Virus record (IMG/VR): IMGVR_UViG_3300036985_004421
Coordinates: 5,831 to 69,830 of that record
Reading direction: 5' to 3' (one strand)
Source: a virus
DNA length: 64,000 nt
Both the position numbers and the translations under genes were made by a program. Of the stretch, positions 27,692-41,200 are shown piece after piece. The stretch's first letter is position 1. Each line of letters starts with the position of its first letter. The notes below the pieces were generated by a model, which was not told where the DNA came from, did not search any database, and saw nothing but the letters and a program-made list of their open reading frames with translations.

Positions 27692-28594
27692 ATGGCATAC
27701 GGAGGTAAGTTTTCATCAAAAGAAGATCTGAGCGGTAACCGTCAGGCATTACAAGTAGGGCGTGATTTCAAGCCATTGTCGGGAACTGATAAGGTATGGG
27801 CCGACCTAGCAGGGATGAATGAAGATGGCTCATGGAATGATTGGGGAAAAGCTAGAACCCAAATCATGAGTTGGTTTACAGGTGGAGCTCCTGTCGATAC
27901 ATTTCATAATATGCAAGCTGCACAAATCATGCGTAATCGCAATGATGATTATGGCAGGGCGTATGACCAACATGGAGAAACGCTTGAGAGCAATCGGCAG
28001 TCTGCATTATGGAATAGAGATATTCAAGGTGGATTGGCAACTGCAGAGATTGTCAGCATGGGTAGCTCTAGTCCTATCACAACCACCGTAGCTAAAGGTT
28101 TGAGTGAAGGTGATGTATTTACCGACGCACTAGGTACAGAGGGTAAAGTCACAGCTGACGACATGACGCAAAAAGCCGATGAACTAGAGGGCTACACCAC
28201 GCATGACGATATAAACGTAGTAGATGCTACTGGCTATGGTTTGAGTGAACAGGATAGGAAAGCATTGTCGGAGCGTACTCAAGCAGATAAGATTTTGAAT
28301 AAAGCAGGTGGCTCACTTGTGAATAAAGTTGACCCTGTAAATCTAGCGTTGCAACAAAACCAACGTAATACACAGAATAGCTTTGCGAATAATCAATCAT
28401 CTGCTACTATGGCAGAGATAGAAGCAAAACAACAGGCAGGAGATTTTGCAGATAAAATTCCTGTGGTTGGAGAATTTGCAGCTTCAATTTACAATCAGGA
28501 CATTCAGAACGATGTATGGTCGGCTACCATGAATGATGCAATCAATAGACTAGATAGAAGTTTCATGCTCGATTCGGGCGAATACATGTCATAA
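27692..28594 (+). CDS. putative ejected cargo protein
   Basis: 300 aa, Gly/Ala/Gln-rich, after the muzzle. Confidence 0.55.
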   Translation: MAYGGKFSSKEDLSGNRQALQVGRDFKPLSGTDKVWADLAGMNEDGSWNDWGKARTQIMSWFTGGAPVDTFHNMQAAQIMRNRNDDYGRAYDQHGETLESNRQSALWNRDIQGGLATAEIVSMGSSSPITTTVAKGLSEGDVFTDALGTEGKVTADDMTQKADELEGYTTHDDINVVDATGYGLSEQDRKALSERTQADKILNKAGGSLVNKVDPVNLALQQNQRNTQNSFANNQSSATMAEIEAKQQAGDFADKIPVVGEFAASIYNQDIQNDVWSATMNDAINRLDRSFMLDSGEYMS

Positions 28595-30711
28595 TGATAC
28601 AAGGACCTACCCCCAAAGAACGCTATGCTACATTACTAGCCAAGGCTAGAAATGGTCAACTACCATTTAACCAACAGCAGTTAGTTGATATTTTCCAAAA
28701 GCTGATTATTAAAGCCGATAATACACCTGCTCAAGCAGTAGCTAGTGTAGACCTTGGCTTTAATCATTTGGATAAGATGCTTGAGAATTATCAGGGGTCT
28801 ATCGACAAGCTTGGCACTAGTGTAGGCTCTAATCATTCTGCAGATGCTATTAAAAACAGCTATCAACTGAACGATAAATGGGCCAAGTATTTTGATGAAA
28901 ATGACATCAACTCGGAAGCGTTTACTACTGACGTTCTTAGAGAACTAACGATAGGCAAGCTAGAAGCGTATGTTAATCACGCAAGTGACCTCAATGCTTA
29001 TGGTAAATCAAAAGGTGTTACTGCTCAATTTGAGATAGGCAAAGGGCAAGTAATTGCGAAGTCTGTACCTAGCATGCCACAGGTAGAACGATTGGCTGCT
29101 GTATCTGATTTTAAGTTGATAGAAGCTGAAAGAAAGGATGCAGCACGCAAAGCATTGAAACCCGGCATTATTTCAGATGCAAGAGCGTGGTTAAGCGACA
29201 ACTACAATGTTGCTCAATCAATAGAGGAAGCTAAAGAGTCTGGCTTTAAGGCTTTGAATATTCAAAAGCAATCAAAGGTTATTACAGCGAATCAGGCTGC
29301 AGACCAATATCATGAACTCAATGCACTCAAAATTGGTGAAGATGGTTCACTTGATGCTGTTAAAGCGTACAGAGAAAAGCCCGTAACGCAGCGTATTAAG
29401 AGTGGTGGTCAGAAGCTTGCGGAAGCTGTCGCACAAGAAGAGGAAGCACAAGCGCAATCACCTTTAACTATTAAGCCAAGACCTGCCGCGGCATCTACGC
29501 AGACAGCTACTGCGCCAGTAGCCAAACCAAGTGCACCAGTAGCTAGTGCACCAGTTATTGACCCATTGCCAAAAGGAGTTCCTACAGGGCCATACGATGC
29601 TCAAGCCCCAACGGGTGCTACTGACCAACAGGGTTTGCCAAGTGCCCCACAAGTACAAGGCTCATTAAAACCAACTGACCCCAGTGCTCCGTTAATTCCA
29701 AAGCAACCACTTACCTCAGGAGTGGCTTCTCGTCAAGCGGCAATAGCAGAAGCTAAGAATGCTGCAGGTCAAGTACAGGATAAAGTCACAGGACAATGGC
29801 ATGATAAAAACTCTCCCGAAGGGCAGAAAATTATGGCTGCATACAATACTGCTATAGCGGCTAATACTGCACAGACAGCAGCGCAAACAGCAGCACAGAC
29901 TCCATCGCCACAAGGGAGTGGGCAACCACAACCTGATCCAGAAAAAATGACTGGACAATTCCAAGAGGTACTGGATGCGATGAAGCGTGGTGATACCAAA
30001 GGAAGTATTCTGAATGCTGCATCATTCCTACAGGACTTTACAGGCATGGTAGCAGGGCTGAATCAGATGGGCGACTCACAGCTTGAGGACTATGCTCCAT
30101 CGAAGTATCTGAATGAAATGGTGCGTGTCACGCGCAACATGGCTGAAACAGGTACACCAGAAATTGTAGAGGAACAGCAAAGAGCTGATGTAAGAAGAGG
30201 GCTGGATGTTGATTTGGGCGTTGTTAAACAAGCTGCAGGTGGAAGTGGTGGTGCAGTTCTCGGAACAAGGTTTCAATCTATCAGAGATTACAATGATGCA
30301 TTGGCTAAAGTGTCAGTACAGGATATGGAAGCTAAGTTTCGTGCTATGCCTATGTACATGGATGCCTTGGGTCAAATGGAAGCCGCACACAAAGAGCGTT
30401 ATGCCAAGCGTTACGAAATGGAATTGGCTAGGCAGAATGCTGCTGCAGACTTGGTAAGTGGTAGTATCAAGAATATGCATAACGCAGCGCAGATGGAACA
30501 GTACTATGGTGCTGGTAGTGTCAACGCAGTTCTAAAATGGGCAGATGCTACCAAAATAGCCAAAGAGCGTGACAATATGGTAGTAGGTGGTAACGCATTG
30601 GCAGAAAATTTAGATACAACTAGCGGTGTAGGTCAAGGAGTAATGCCCACTTACACAGGAGGGTCAGGTGTAGGTCAAAGTCCTATTGTGAATAAAGTCG
30701 GAGGTAAATAA
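28594..30711 (+). CDS. putative ejected cargo protein
   Basis: 705 aa, Ala/Gln/Pro-rich low-complexity middle, helical C-terminus. Confidence 0.6.
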   Translation: MIQGPTPKERYATLLAKARNGQLPFNQQQLVDIFQKLIIKADNTPAQAVASVDLGFNHLDKMLENYQGSIDKLGTSVGSNHSADAIKNSYQLNDKWAKYFDENDINSEAFTTDVLRELTIGKLEAYVNHASDLNAYGKSKGVTAQFEIGKGQVIAKSVPSMPQVERLAAVSDFKLIEAERKDAARKALKPGIISDARAWLSDNYNVAQSIEEAKESGFKALNIQKQSKVITANQAADQYHELNALKIGEDGSLDAVKAYREKPVTQRIKSGGQKLAEAVAQEEEAQAQSPLTIKPRPAAASTQTATAPVAKPSAPVASAPVIDPLPKGVPTGPYDAQAPTGATDQQGLPSAPQVQGSLKPTDPSAPLIPKQPLTSGVASRQAAIAEAKNAAGQVQDKVTGQWHDKNSPEGQKIMAAYNTAIAANTAQTAAQTAAQTPSPQGSGQPQPDPEKMTGQFQEVLDAMKRGDTKGSILNAASFLQDFTGMVAGLNQMGDSQLEDYAPSKYLNEMVRVTRNMAETGTPEIVEEQQRADVRRGLDVDLGVVKQAAGGSGGAVLGTRFQSIRDYNDALAKVSVQDMEAKFRAMPMYMDALGQMEAAHKERYAKRYEMELARQNAAADLVSGSIKNMHNAAQMEQYYGAGSVNAVLKWADATKIAKERDNMVVGGNALAENLDTTSGVGQGVMPTYTGGSGVGQSPIVNKVGGK

Positions 30712-30725
30712 TAAATCAAGCAGTC

Positions 30726-32201
30726 ATGATAAATCAAGGAGCTAGAACTCGTGCAATGAATGTGGAAAAGGATTTCTCCATTGCACTACAAGGTCAACGT
30801 GACCAACGTGAAGCACTCAATCGTGCTCAAGATGAAACCAGAAAAGACAATTTGGAATACGATGCTTTCTCCAAAGAGATAGCTGACCAAATGGGTCAAT
30901 TCGGTAAGCTTGATATGCTTGAAAATGATGTGGCCGCGATACGTGGCGTAGAGCAAAGTGCTAGAAGTAAAGTTGCTGAATTGCTCCGTAAGCATGGTGG
31001 TGATGTACGTGCATTTATGCGTGCAGGTGGAGGTAAAAGTGCATTGGCCAATTATGCCAATACAATCAAGAACAGTAAAGAATACGGTAGTGGTGTATTC
31101 AATGCGCAAACATTTGACCTGATAAACAAGGCTGTAGAAAAAGGAGAAATACCTAATTATGTGGACATAGGCACACCCGATATGCCAAACCTAATTCCCA
31201 TGCAAGAAGCTGTGAAACTCAAGGCGATGGGCAAGATAGATAGGGTGGCATGGAATGGTTCGTTTAAGCCTATGCAAATTTCCGACATCGCAGACATGAC
31301 TAGGAACATTGTAAATCAAAGTGCTGATGCTAGAGAAGCTACTCCAAATGAAGTAAGAGCGATGTTCCGCGCTAAGAACCTACCTGATTGGTTTGTGGAG
31401 CAACAAGTAAACCAATATGAAAAAGAGTTTTTTGGAAAAGGTGGAGCCAAAAATCCTCTATGGATAGATGGCAATCAGGGCTTACGTCAGATACGTGAGA
31501 ACAAATTGAATCGTGATGCTAGTGCTGATGCATTAGATAAAAAGTATGCAAATCAAACTATGCCAATAGCTCCAAGTGCTGAGGCATTACGCAATCCAAA
31601 TAATTGGATGCAGCATCCAGTAGAACGTAAAGTTGCAGCACCTACAACGATGGGTCTGTATCAAACAAAATTTTATGAAGAAGAAGATCCTCAAATGGCT
31701 ACTGGCATTATGGTAGGTGGTAGGCCAAACAACGTATTGATAGAAGCTAAAAATGGTTCATTGACTGGCGTAAACATATCTGGTGACCCACAAATATTAC
31801 CTGGGCGAATAGGTGGAACTGTAGCATCAATAGAGCAAACTTCTAATAACGCTTTTAAACGTAAAGACATGATGCATAAAGCCACAAATACAATTGATAG
31901 ATATACTGGCGATGTAATGAAAGCTATTGTTCCTATTGGTAGTGGAGGAACACCAACGGCTGATGGTAAAAACGAAGAGGTTTATTACGCAAAAGCAATT
32001 ATGAAAACTCCATTAGATGAATTAGAGGATGATGTATGGTTTAAGCATACAGGAAGCACTGGACATACAGAATCTACCAAAGGTGTATTTGAGGAATACG
32101 AAGCGTGGATTCCTTGCACTGGCAATGTGATTGAACGTTTAACGCAATCCAACCAATTAGGTAAGAAGCAAGACGAGGCTGCTGGACGGCAAATACAGTG
32201 A
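30726..32201 (+). CDS. putative ejected cargo protein
   Basis: 491 aa, upstream of the vRNAP. Confidence 0.6.
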   Translation: MINQGARTRAMNVEKDFSIALQGQRDQREALNRAQDETRKDNLEYDAFSKEIADQMGQFGKLDMLENDVAAIRGVEQSARSKVAELLRKHGGDVRAFMRAGGGKSALANYANTIKNSKEYGSGVFNAQTFDLINKAVEKGEIPNYVDIGTPDMPNLIPMQEAVKLKAMGKIDRVAWNGSFKPMQISDIADMTRNIVNQSADAREATPNEVRAMFRAKNLPDWFVEQQVNQYEKEFFGKGGAKNPLWIDGNQGLRQIRENKLNRDASADALDKKYANQTMPIAPSAEALRNPNNWMQHPVERKVAAPTTMGLYQTKFYEEEDPQMATGIMVGGRPNNVLIEAKNGSLTGVNISGDPQILPGRIGGTVASIEQTSNNAFKRKDMMHKATNTIDRYTGDVMKAIVPIGSGGTPTADGKNEEVYYAKAIMKTPLDELEDDVWFKHTGSTGHTESTKGVFEEYEAWIPCTGNVIERLTQSNQLGKKQDEAAGRQIQ

Positions 32202-32213
32202 TAATTTTCATCT

Positions 32214-32221
32214 TAGCTTTG
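32214..32221 (+). promoter_or_regulatory. -7 promoter element TAGCTTTG
   Basis: upstream of the giant gene start at 32245. Confidence 0.55.
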
Positions 32222-32244
32222 GGGCACACTAAGACCTTAAAGCT

Positions 32245-35200
32245 ATGGATGAAGAATTGTTGCAACAGTTACTTGACGAGCAAGCTGCTCAAGAAGGACA
32301 AGTACAAACTCAAACGGCAACCGCACCTGTGCAAGCCGAAGTTCCCACCCAACAAGTAGGAACTCAAATTAGCCCTATGAGAAACCCATTCATTACGCAA
32401 CAGCGTAGGGATAGGGTTCCAACCAATAGCTGGATGGATGTAGTGATAGATGATCCAGTATCATCTGTGAAAGATTCCCCTGATGCCAAACATGTAGAAA
32501 CGTTGAGTGATGAAGAAATCGCTCAGCGTTTGGAGTTTTTCGCCAACCCATCTAGCAATCCACAATGGATGAAAGAAATGGAGCAAGACTCTGCAGGGTT
32601 TTTCAATGCGCGTAATGCCACCATTGAAGAAGCTGCAAAGCGTGAGAAAGAAATTAGTGGCAAGGAAAAAGACCCTAATGACTTCTGGAAGGAATACAAT
32701 GGCCAGTTTGATGATGGCTCTGTTGGTAAAAAAGAACAGGACAAACGCAAGCTTGATACCTACTCTGCCAAAATGAAAGAGCAAGGTTCCTCTGATGAAG
32801 AAGTCGGAAACTTGGAATCTATTTGGAATGAATTGAAGAAAGCGAAAACAGGCGTGGAGTTAATACCACACGCTTTGGTCAATGCTGTAACTGGTGTGCA
32901 AGAAACCATACACGACATGTCTATGGATGTAGTGTCGATAATGTATGGTTTAACTCCAAAAGAAACATTGACGTTCAAGGCTGTGATGATGGACGGTGCT
33001 ACGGCAAAGTTCATGGCTACAGGAGAGCGCAAAGATTTGAAAGCAGACATATATGACCGTTTCAGAGCAGGCTTGACGGAATATATGAATCAAGAAAATG
33101 ATACTGTAGGAGCATTACCTACTAAGACATTCAATAAATCATGGGGTGAGGGTGATTATGTTGGGTCTTTAGTTGCAGGTTTTGGTGGTACAATGGGCCT
33201 TGTTCCTTCGGCTGTTGTGGGTGTAGGTACAATGGGATATGGTATGGTGCCATACATGGCAGGTATGGCGGAATCTGATAAGGCTGTCAATTCTCGTTTA
33301 GCTACTGGAAAAGAATTAGCTGACGCTTATCGCGATGGCGATAATGACCAACTAATGTCCTGGACGACCAGCTCTATTGTTGGTTATATTGAAAAACTAG
33401 GGTTAAAAAAGTTAGGCAAAGGAATCGAAGAAGCATTTAATGGTAAAGCATTAAAGGATAAAGCAGTTCGATTCTTAAGCGACTCTGGCATTCAAGGTGC
33501 AACTGAAACATTCCAAGGTGGTATAGAGCACGTTGGTACTGCGTACAATAAAATCAAATTAGCCAATCCCGAAATGAGTGATGCCGAAGCTATGGCCAAG
33601 GCTGTCAAGGAAGGTGTATTATGGTATGGTTCTGGTGAAGCGTTCGAAACATTTGCTACTACAGCTCTAGGTGTGTCATACATGACGGGTGCTTCTCATG
33701 CTGCAGGTAAAGTATGGAGAAAGGCTACTGAAACTCAAGAGCAAAAGCTGGCCGCTAAACTGGATGACCCAAATGTTTCAGAAGCTAGTAAGACTATTCT
33801 CCGTGACAAGTTCAATCAGTTAAGGCAACAAGCATCTGCTGAGTACCAACAAGAGCGTACAATCTTCAAATCGTTATCAGAAGAAGAGCAGTCAGAGTTA
33901 GGTTCTTTGGCTAGAAAAGTAAAAGATGCGGGTCTAACATTAGCTGTACTTGACCCAGAGGTTGACCAAGATGCTATTCAAATTGCAGAACAAACCAAAG
34001 GAGAGTTATTGGCTCGTATTGATGCAATTAAAGCGCCTGTAAAAAAACAACTGTTAGAGAAGGATAAGGAGAAGCTTCGTAGTATGGGAGTTTATACTGT
34101 ACCAATGGTTGATGGTGTTGTAAATCTTAATGCTAAAACGCAGCTTCATACAGAAGAGGAACAGAAGATTGCTGCAAAAGCTATTGACGAGATTATACAG
34201 ACGGGGGTTAAAGAGAAGTTGCCTATACCTCAAATTGCAGCAAACATAGAGGCCTCTGGTCACATGGTAGGCGATGGGATATTGTTCACTACTCAAGAGT
34301 ATGTGGAAATGGCTACTACTAAAGCATTGCCATCACTGATAGAAGCATTTGGAGATAAGACCAGTGCTAAGAATGTAGCAGTAGCAACTACAGAACTGCC
34401 TATTGAAGTGTCAACTGAAACTGCACCAGTAGAAGAAGTTGCTTCAACTACAGCTGTAACTGAACCAATTTCAAATGAAGCTGTAATTGCTGATATCGAA
34501 CAAAGGAGAAGTGAGGAATTGGAATCAAATGGTTTGAATCGATTACTACCACTGAATATAGATGATGATCCTGTTTTGCAAAAAAAAATTGACCTTCAAA
34601 AAGAAATTGAAACTAAGTATGCTACTGAACTTTCTCAAGTTAAAGTACAAGCAGTAAAAACTCCAAGTACTAATGCACTAGTACCGCCCACAACATCCAA
34701 AGCTGATGAAGTAATGGCTGCTGCTAAAGCTGCTATCGAAGGAGAGCGTGAAGTAGATGATTTACCCTTTGGCGTGAGTTCCGAAGCAAATAAAGAAAAT
34801 GAGGCTGTGGCTACTGCCAGTGAGGAAATACAGGCTGAATCCGAATCTGAGTTAAATAAAGAAGAGGAACCCGTTGCTGTAAAAAAAGCACCTGCTAAAA
34901 AGATTTCCAAACCTAAAGCACCTGCCAAACCAAAAGCCACCAAGAAACCAAAGGCCACTACTAAAAAGCCTGTAGCCAAGGAAAAGGAAAGTGCCCCAAC
35001 TGTAACAAAGGAAGTTGCACCAGTAGCCGAATTACCAACCGACCCCGAAGCACGTAAAGAAGCAATTAAAGCGCGGAAAGCGGAGCTTATGAAGGGTATA
35101 GCAGAGCGATGGACAAGCAACAAATCTGGCATTGCTTCCTTGCCTGAGAACCAATCAGATGAAATGCGTCAGGACGTTGATGCTATTATTGAATTGGCCA

Positions 35201-38200
35201 AGTTGAGCATAGAGGAAATGGGCCAGTCACTCCAAGAGTTCGTGGACGAAATGGTAGTTGCCTTTGGAAAGAAGCACCCAAACATTACACAGCTCGCTAC
35301 TGATGTTTACAATAGTGTAAGTCTAGGTGCTGATACAGCTACCAATGAAGTAAACGTATGGGTGAATGAATTTTTGAATGCTGAACCTACTATTGAAAGT
35401 AGTCAAGCAATGCCTGTAGCAGAAAATGAAGAGCAACGGAAATTACGTAACTCTATTCTAGCTGTAGTCGATAAAGCAATGCTTGCCGGTGGTGAATGGC
35501 TGCGTGAAAAAGACTTTAAGACTATCGGAGTAAACAGCCGTATGCGCAACTTTTTCAATAACCCTCATGCGTATATCATGATGAATGCGATTGATGGTTA
35601 TTCAAGGAATTTGAAAGGCTACTCATTCATGAAAACTCTTCTGACCAAAGACGAAGCAATGAACATCATGCAGAATTTCGTTGAGGAAATTGACAAGATG
35701 GAAGAGCGTACTGGATTTAAGCTAGATAGTAAACGCATTAAAGCTCCATCGCACAATGATGTCAATGCAATAGTAGAAGGGTTCTTTAAGCAATTCCAAG
35801 ATGCATGGATAAATAAAGACCCTGAGAGTTATGCCATCTTTGACCAGTATGCACAATTAGTTAGGGGTATTCCATCCATTAAGCCATCATTCCAAATGGC
35901 AGGACCAAATGAATGGTCAGACATAGGATTGAAGAGATTGGTTACAGGCCTATTCACAGAGTCAGGATTGATGCTAGATCCAGAGGACATTACTCAAACC
36001 TTACAAAGCATAGCTGCTAGTGTGCCGAGAGAAGGTGGTAATAAAGAATGGATCAAGCTCATGCGCTCTATAGCCAACGGTAAAAAAAGCCTAGAGCAAG
36101 ATATAGCTGAACGTATGCTTAATCGTATTTCTGCACTGGTTGACCTTAATGCACAGAATGTAAACGATAGCGGAGAGCTTAAAGCTATCATCAACACATT
36201 GGCTAATATGGGTACTGACCAAGTAGTGGCCAGTGTCATAGGCACAGACGGAGTAGTACGCAGAGAAGTAATGAATGTATCTATGGCGCCAAAGGAGATT
36301 GCTTCTAATGTGCTAGGTATGATTGAGAAGTACATGAGCCAATCACGGGCTATAAGCGCATTCAATTCGCTCATTACTGAATACAAAAATATCAGTATGG
36401 AAATTACAGCACAGATTAAAGCTGGTCGTCCATTAACCGTAGCGCAAGACGTTGCTTATTCACGAAGATTGCTTGAACTGTACCATCAGCGTATCATCCA
36501 ACCTTACGGTGGTAAGATGGATATTAAGGGTGACTATGTAGGCGAAGTGATTAAGTCTATACAAGAAAAAGAATCAACCACACCTACGTGGATTCGCGTA
36601 GCTGGCATGCTTCAAATTTTGGATAATGCACAAGCGAAACAGAGAATCAATAGCAACAATACAATTGATGTACTGGAAAGCACTCGCCCGTATTATGAGT
36701 TGCTAGGCAAGGTAATGGTAGAAGCAGAGCCTAATGCTACATCATGGAGAAATGCAGATGGCGAAAACGTCACAGCACAAGGCCCTAGAACCCACGTAGA
36801 CTTGGTATCTGATAGCATGAACATCCCTACGGAAAAGGGTGGTACTACACCTGCAGAGAAGATGCTCAAAGTGGGCTTCTTTCAAAACAATCCAATACTC
36901 AAGTTTTGGAATAAGACTAAAGCTGTAGGTCGCCAAAAATGGAACGAAGGAAGTTTCAAGAAGGAGTTTGGTATGTCCATAGATAAAATGCGATCGGATG
37001 GAATACTTGCGGATAACCTAGTTGCATTCTTTGAAGGAACTAAAGACGGATATCAGCACATGTATATGCTGAATGGTGACCGTGACACGCGCTATATGTT
37101 CAATGCACCACTAATGAATGTGGACCAACTTGCGGAGCAATATGGCATAATCAACGGAAAATTCGATTCTAACTCACCCATAGTAAAGGCATTTGAAAAG
37201 CGTGCTGCAGATGCCGTGGCTCTAGGTGTAAGTAAAAAAGACGGATTGCTATTGAATGAGGAAGGGCTAAAGAGATTGAATGCAACATACTACATTCAAT
37301 TCAAAATAGCAGATGGCAAATTTGTGGCTGATGGCGATTTGACTTTGAAGCATAGGTTAAATGCGACCAATACGTTGCTAAAAAAATTCGAAGAGTTGAA
37401 TAAACAATGGGTGCAATATGATGGTATGTCATTGCGCTATGTGGATGCTGTTCAAGTTATGGCACGTAAAAATCCAGAGCTGGCTGAATTATTCAATCAA
37501 AACGTAGATGCCAATACACGTATGCGAAGATTAGCTGCGTTGTATGAGGGTAATAATACCATCAATGAGTTGGCGCTAACTGATGTGTTTGTAGGTGACC
37601 CAATCTATTTGCGCCCAGGGGCAAAAGCTTTGAAGGATGCAAAGAGTCAATCTACACGAGGTATGAACGTAGCATCTACAGTCGGTCCAGTTTATGTAGT
37701 TACGTTGAATGAATTACCTGCTACTGATTCTGGCGGATTCATGAACTCGTATATGAGTGAGCGTGCAAGCAATGGTGTAATCAATGGACTTGGGCCTAAT
37801 ATGAAGATAGGGTTCTTTGGAGTAGAACGCCATGGTAAAAATGCTGGACATGGCATGTCATTAAAAATGGCTACCATGAATGCGGTGCGAGGTAAAGATG
37901 GTAAGAACAAAATGGAATACGACCACGGAACTTCTGACCAGTACGCAAAGATGGCAGAGCTGATGGATAAACTCGAAGCTCACATTATGGCCACTACTAA
38001 AAGTGATGTACGTCCGAATATATTGATTATTCCACCTTCATCACAAAAGGTTTCCTCGCTTAGATTAAAGCCAATCAATTTGAATGAGCTTAGTTCTTTG
38101 AGTTTCAATGAAAGCAACTTCAAAAAGATTACACCGGAAACAGCTACGGTGAACTTTAACATCAACCATGATATGACTGATGGCGCTTATGCTAAACGCC

Positions 38201-41200
38201 AATTGGTACAGATGCTTTCCATTATACAGGAAGCGGTAGAAGGTAAAGAGCTACCTGACCGTAAGCAATTCATTGACAAGTTTCAAAACTTGATGGTGGA
38301 TGTAATGAAGGAGCAAATGCGTAAGGAGTTTGGTAGCACTACCAATATCGGCCAAGTAGATGCACTAGCTAAAAAGTTAATTGAGCAAGTGTTTGGAAAT
38401 GATATGTCATTCAGTACGAAAGCTGCACTACAGCATCTAAAGAACTTGTATGAGAATGAGAACGTTGACCACCACATAGAGGACGAGAATATCTATGGTA
38501 CAGCATTAGGTAAGCTAACTCAAACGTTTAATCAAGTAGCCACTACAATGCAGCTTGACGGTGGCTCACTTCAAACATTTGCCGACCTTGAAACCGACCC
38601 TGATAAAAAATTGAAATGGGATGGCCTGACTACACCAGAGGTAATGGTTCCACCTGCAATGGGTAATGTCGGTGATACGATTATTCTTGCGCGTGTACCA
38701 TCATCAGGTTCTGAATCGATGTTTGTTGGTAAGATAGTAGGACACTTACCTGCTAATATGAATGGAGCTAAAGTACCTGCAGAGTTTTTGCTGTACTCTA
38801 ACTCTGACCACGATGGAGATATGCTTCATGGCTTCCTAAAAAATCAATCAGGACCAGCCAAGCAAGCATTTGTAGACTTCATGATGTCAGATGAAGCAAT
38901 GCTTTCACAGACCTTCTTACGCAAGCGCGACCACCCATTGACCCTAGATGCATTGGGAACAGCCTTGAAGCAGGCAGGGTTAGCAGAAGTGCCCGTAAAT
39001 CTGAATAGTGTAACAGGAAGGATGGCAGTTCTGGACAGCATGAATGCATCTACTTCTGCTATTGGGGTGTTTGCCAATGCTAAAAAGATATTCACCAACT
39101 TAACTGCTTCGGGCAAGAGTACTGTGGAGGAAACGCACATTCTCCTAAATGGAGTAATGGTTCCAGCGAGAAAGTACAGCCATAAAAACCTGACCATGAT
39201 GGGTGAATTGCTACAGGCTGCACTAGATAAGTTTGACAAGCTTCTTCTCTCTCGAATGGGAATTGATATGTCAAACATCAATGAAATATCATTGCTTGCC
39301 AATTTGGAAACGATAGATGGGGATGTAATGTCGTATGCTGATGTCATTCAGTTACTGCAGACACCCGAAATGAAAGCCTATGTAGCTGGCATCAATGAAT
39401 TGATTGGTCCATTTGAAGGAAAAGATACTGCATGGCCAGGTGATAAGACCACAATACTAGACGAGTTAATTGCTAGTGCTCAAGCTAAAGGCAATGATTT
39501 GAATGTGGATATCCTCAGCTTGATTCGCACAGCAGTAGTTGAGGGCGCTGCATTAACCTCTGTGGCATCTATGACTAGCATGGATAAGGGCATCAAATAT
39601 GGCATGGGCCATGTGCTTCATTTGATGGATATGTATAACTCATTGAAAGCAGGTGGTAAGGGTTACCTTGAGTTATTTGATAACCCATTAGGAGAACACC
39701 ATCACAAGGCTCTTGATATGTTTATCAAGACTATGCAAAAGCTTACGCTATCGTATGGTGAAGTAGCTATTGGTACTGCAAAAAATCTTTGGAACGCAAT
39801 CGGGTTTCAAGAAAGAAGCCCAAGGCATTGGGATAAGCTTCTGACCATTAACAATAAGATGCTGAATGCCTCTGTGACGTTGGGTAAGTACGACAATCCA
39901 TCAGCGTTTGTTAATTCATTTGGAGAGTTTCTGTATGGGTTAAAGCATGGTAGCGATGTGATGTACCCAATTAACTCAACTACAGCAGAAGAGATTGACA
40001 GCAGGGCTACTCTACAAGCTATGGAAATTGATGCTATCAATGCGCGTGAATCGTTGAAAGACAATCCAGTTCCTGTAATGCGTGAAGCTTATTTGAAAAA
40101 GATTCAAGACTATGTGATAGCACAGAACATGGTCAATAAGCTCACGAACAATCCTTTCATACGCAACATGTCCGTGTACAAGGATAAGGCAACAGGTAAA
40201 ATCAATGTCGGCTTAAACAAAACAGCTAGAGGAATGAATGGCATTGATAAGCAAACCTTGCTTGATTCCTTTTCAGAGTTACCTACGGAATTTCAAGATA
40301 GGCTGCATGACTACTTGCTACTAAACTCAAACTCTAAGATTACCCCATCTTCCTTATGGTCACTATTGCCTAACAGTTCTGTAGAGCGATACAATACTGC
40401 AAGTAGATTGATGGAACAAAACAAAGGTCAGGTTACACCTACTGTTCGTCAAAACGTAGCTGCGTTCATCGAAGCTGTAATGTTGGATAGCCTGGACATG
40501 ATAAAGGCTATTCGTATCAGAGCAGGTAGAGCATTTGAAAACACTTTCGTTTATGAAAAACCTCAATTATCAGAGGACGAAAAAACTTCTTTGCTCAACC
40601 GATTGGAAACATACTTCCCATTGTCAGCTCAATCTATACTCGATCAGTCGGGTGCAGTGTTTAAGGTAACACATCCTTCCACAAGCTTTGGAACAAAATT
40701 ACTTGGAAAGATGATGTTTAATGGAACTCCATTGATACGTGTAGCGAATGCTAATGGTGATGGACATCGCTATTTTGTACTGGCTAAATCAGATGGAGCA
40801 TTGACTACTGCAGGTGGAGTATTCACGAAAGGTGTTGCTCAAACGTATGTGGAAATCACGGCAGGCGTAAATGCTGCTGCAGCAAAAGGTACCAATGGAT
40901 TTGTCATGGACGGAGATACCCGTTCACAGTACAATGCAGATGCTGTTTCAGAGGATATGCGTACACTATTCAAAGACCGTTTCAAAAATGTAAATGCAGA
41001 TTTGAAAGAAGGAGTGCGCATGGAAACAGGAAATCACATGGGCACGATGAATGCGCCAGCTTCTGCTACACGAACTATCGCAAGTGACCCTAAGCTATAC
41101 AATAAAATACTTAAGCGATTACAGGAGAAGTTTCCGAACATTCAAGTCATGGAGTGGGAAGCCTATCAAGCAAAGTATGGTGCTGCTCCGGGTATTGGTC

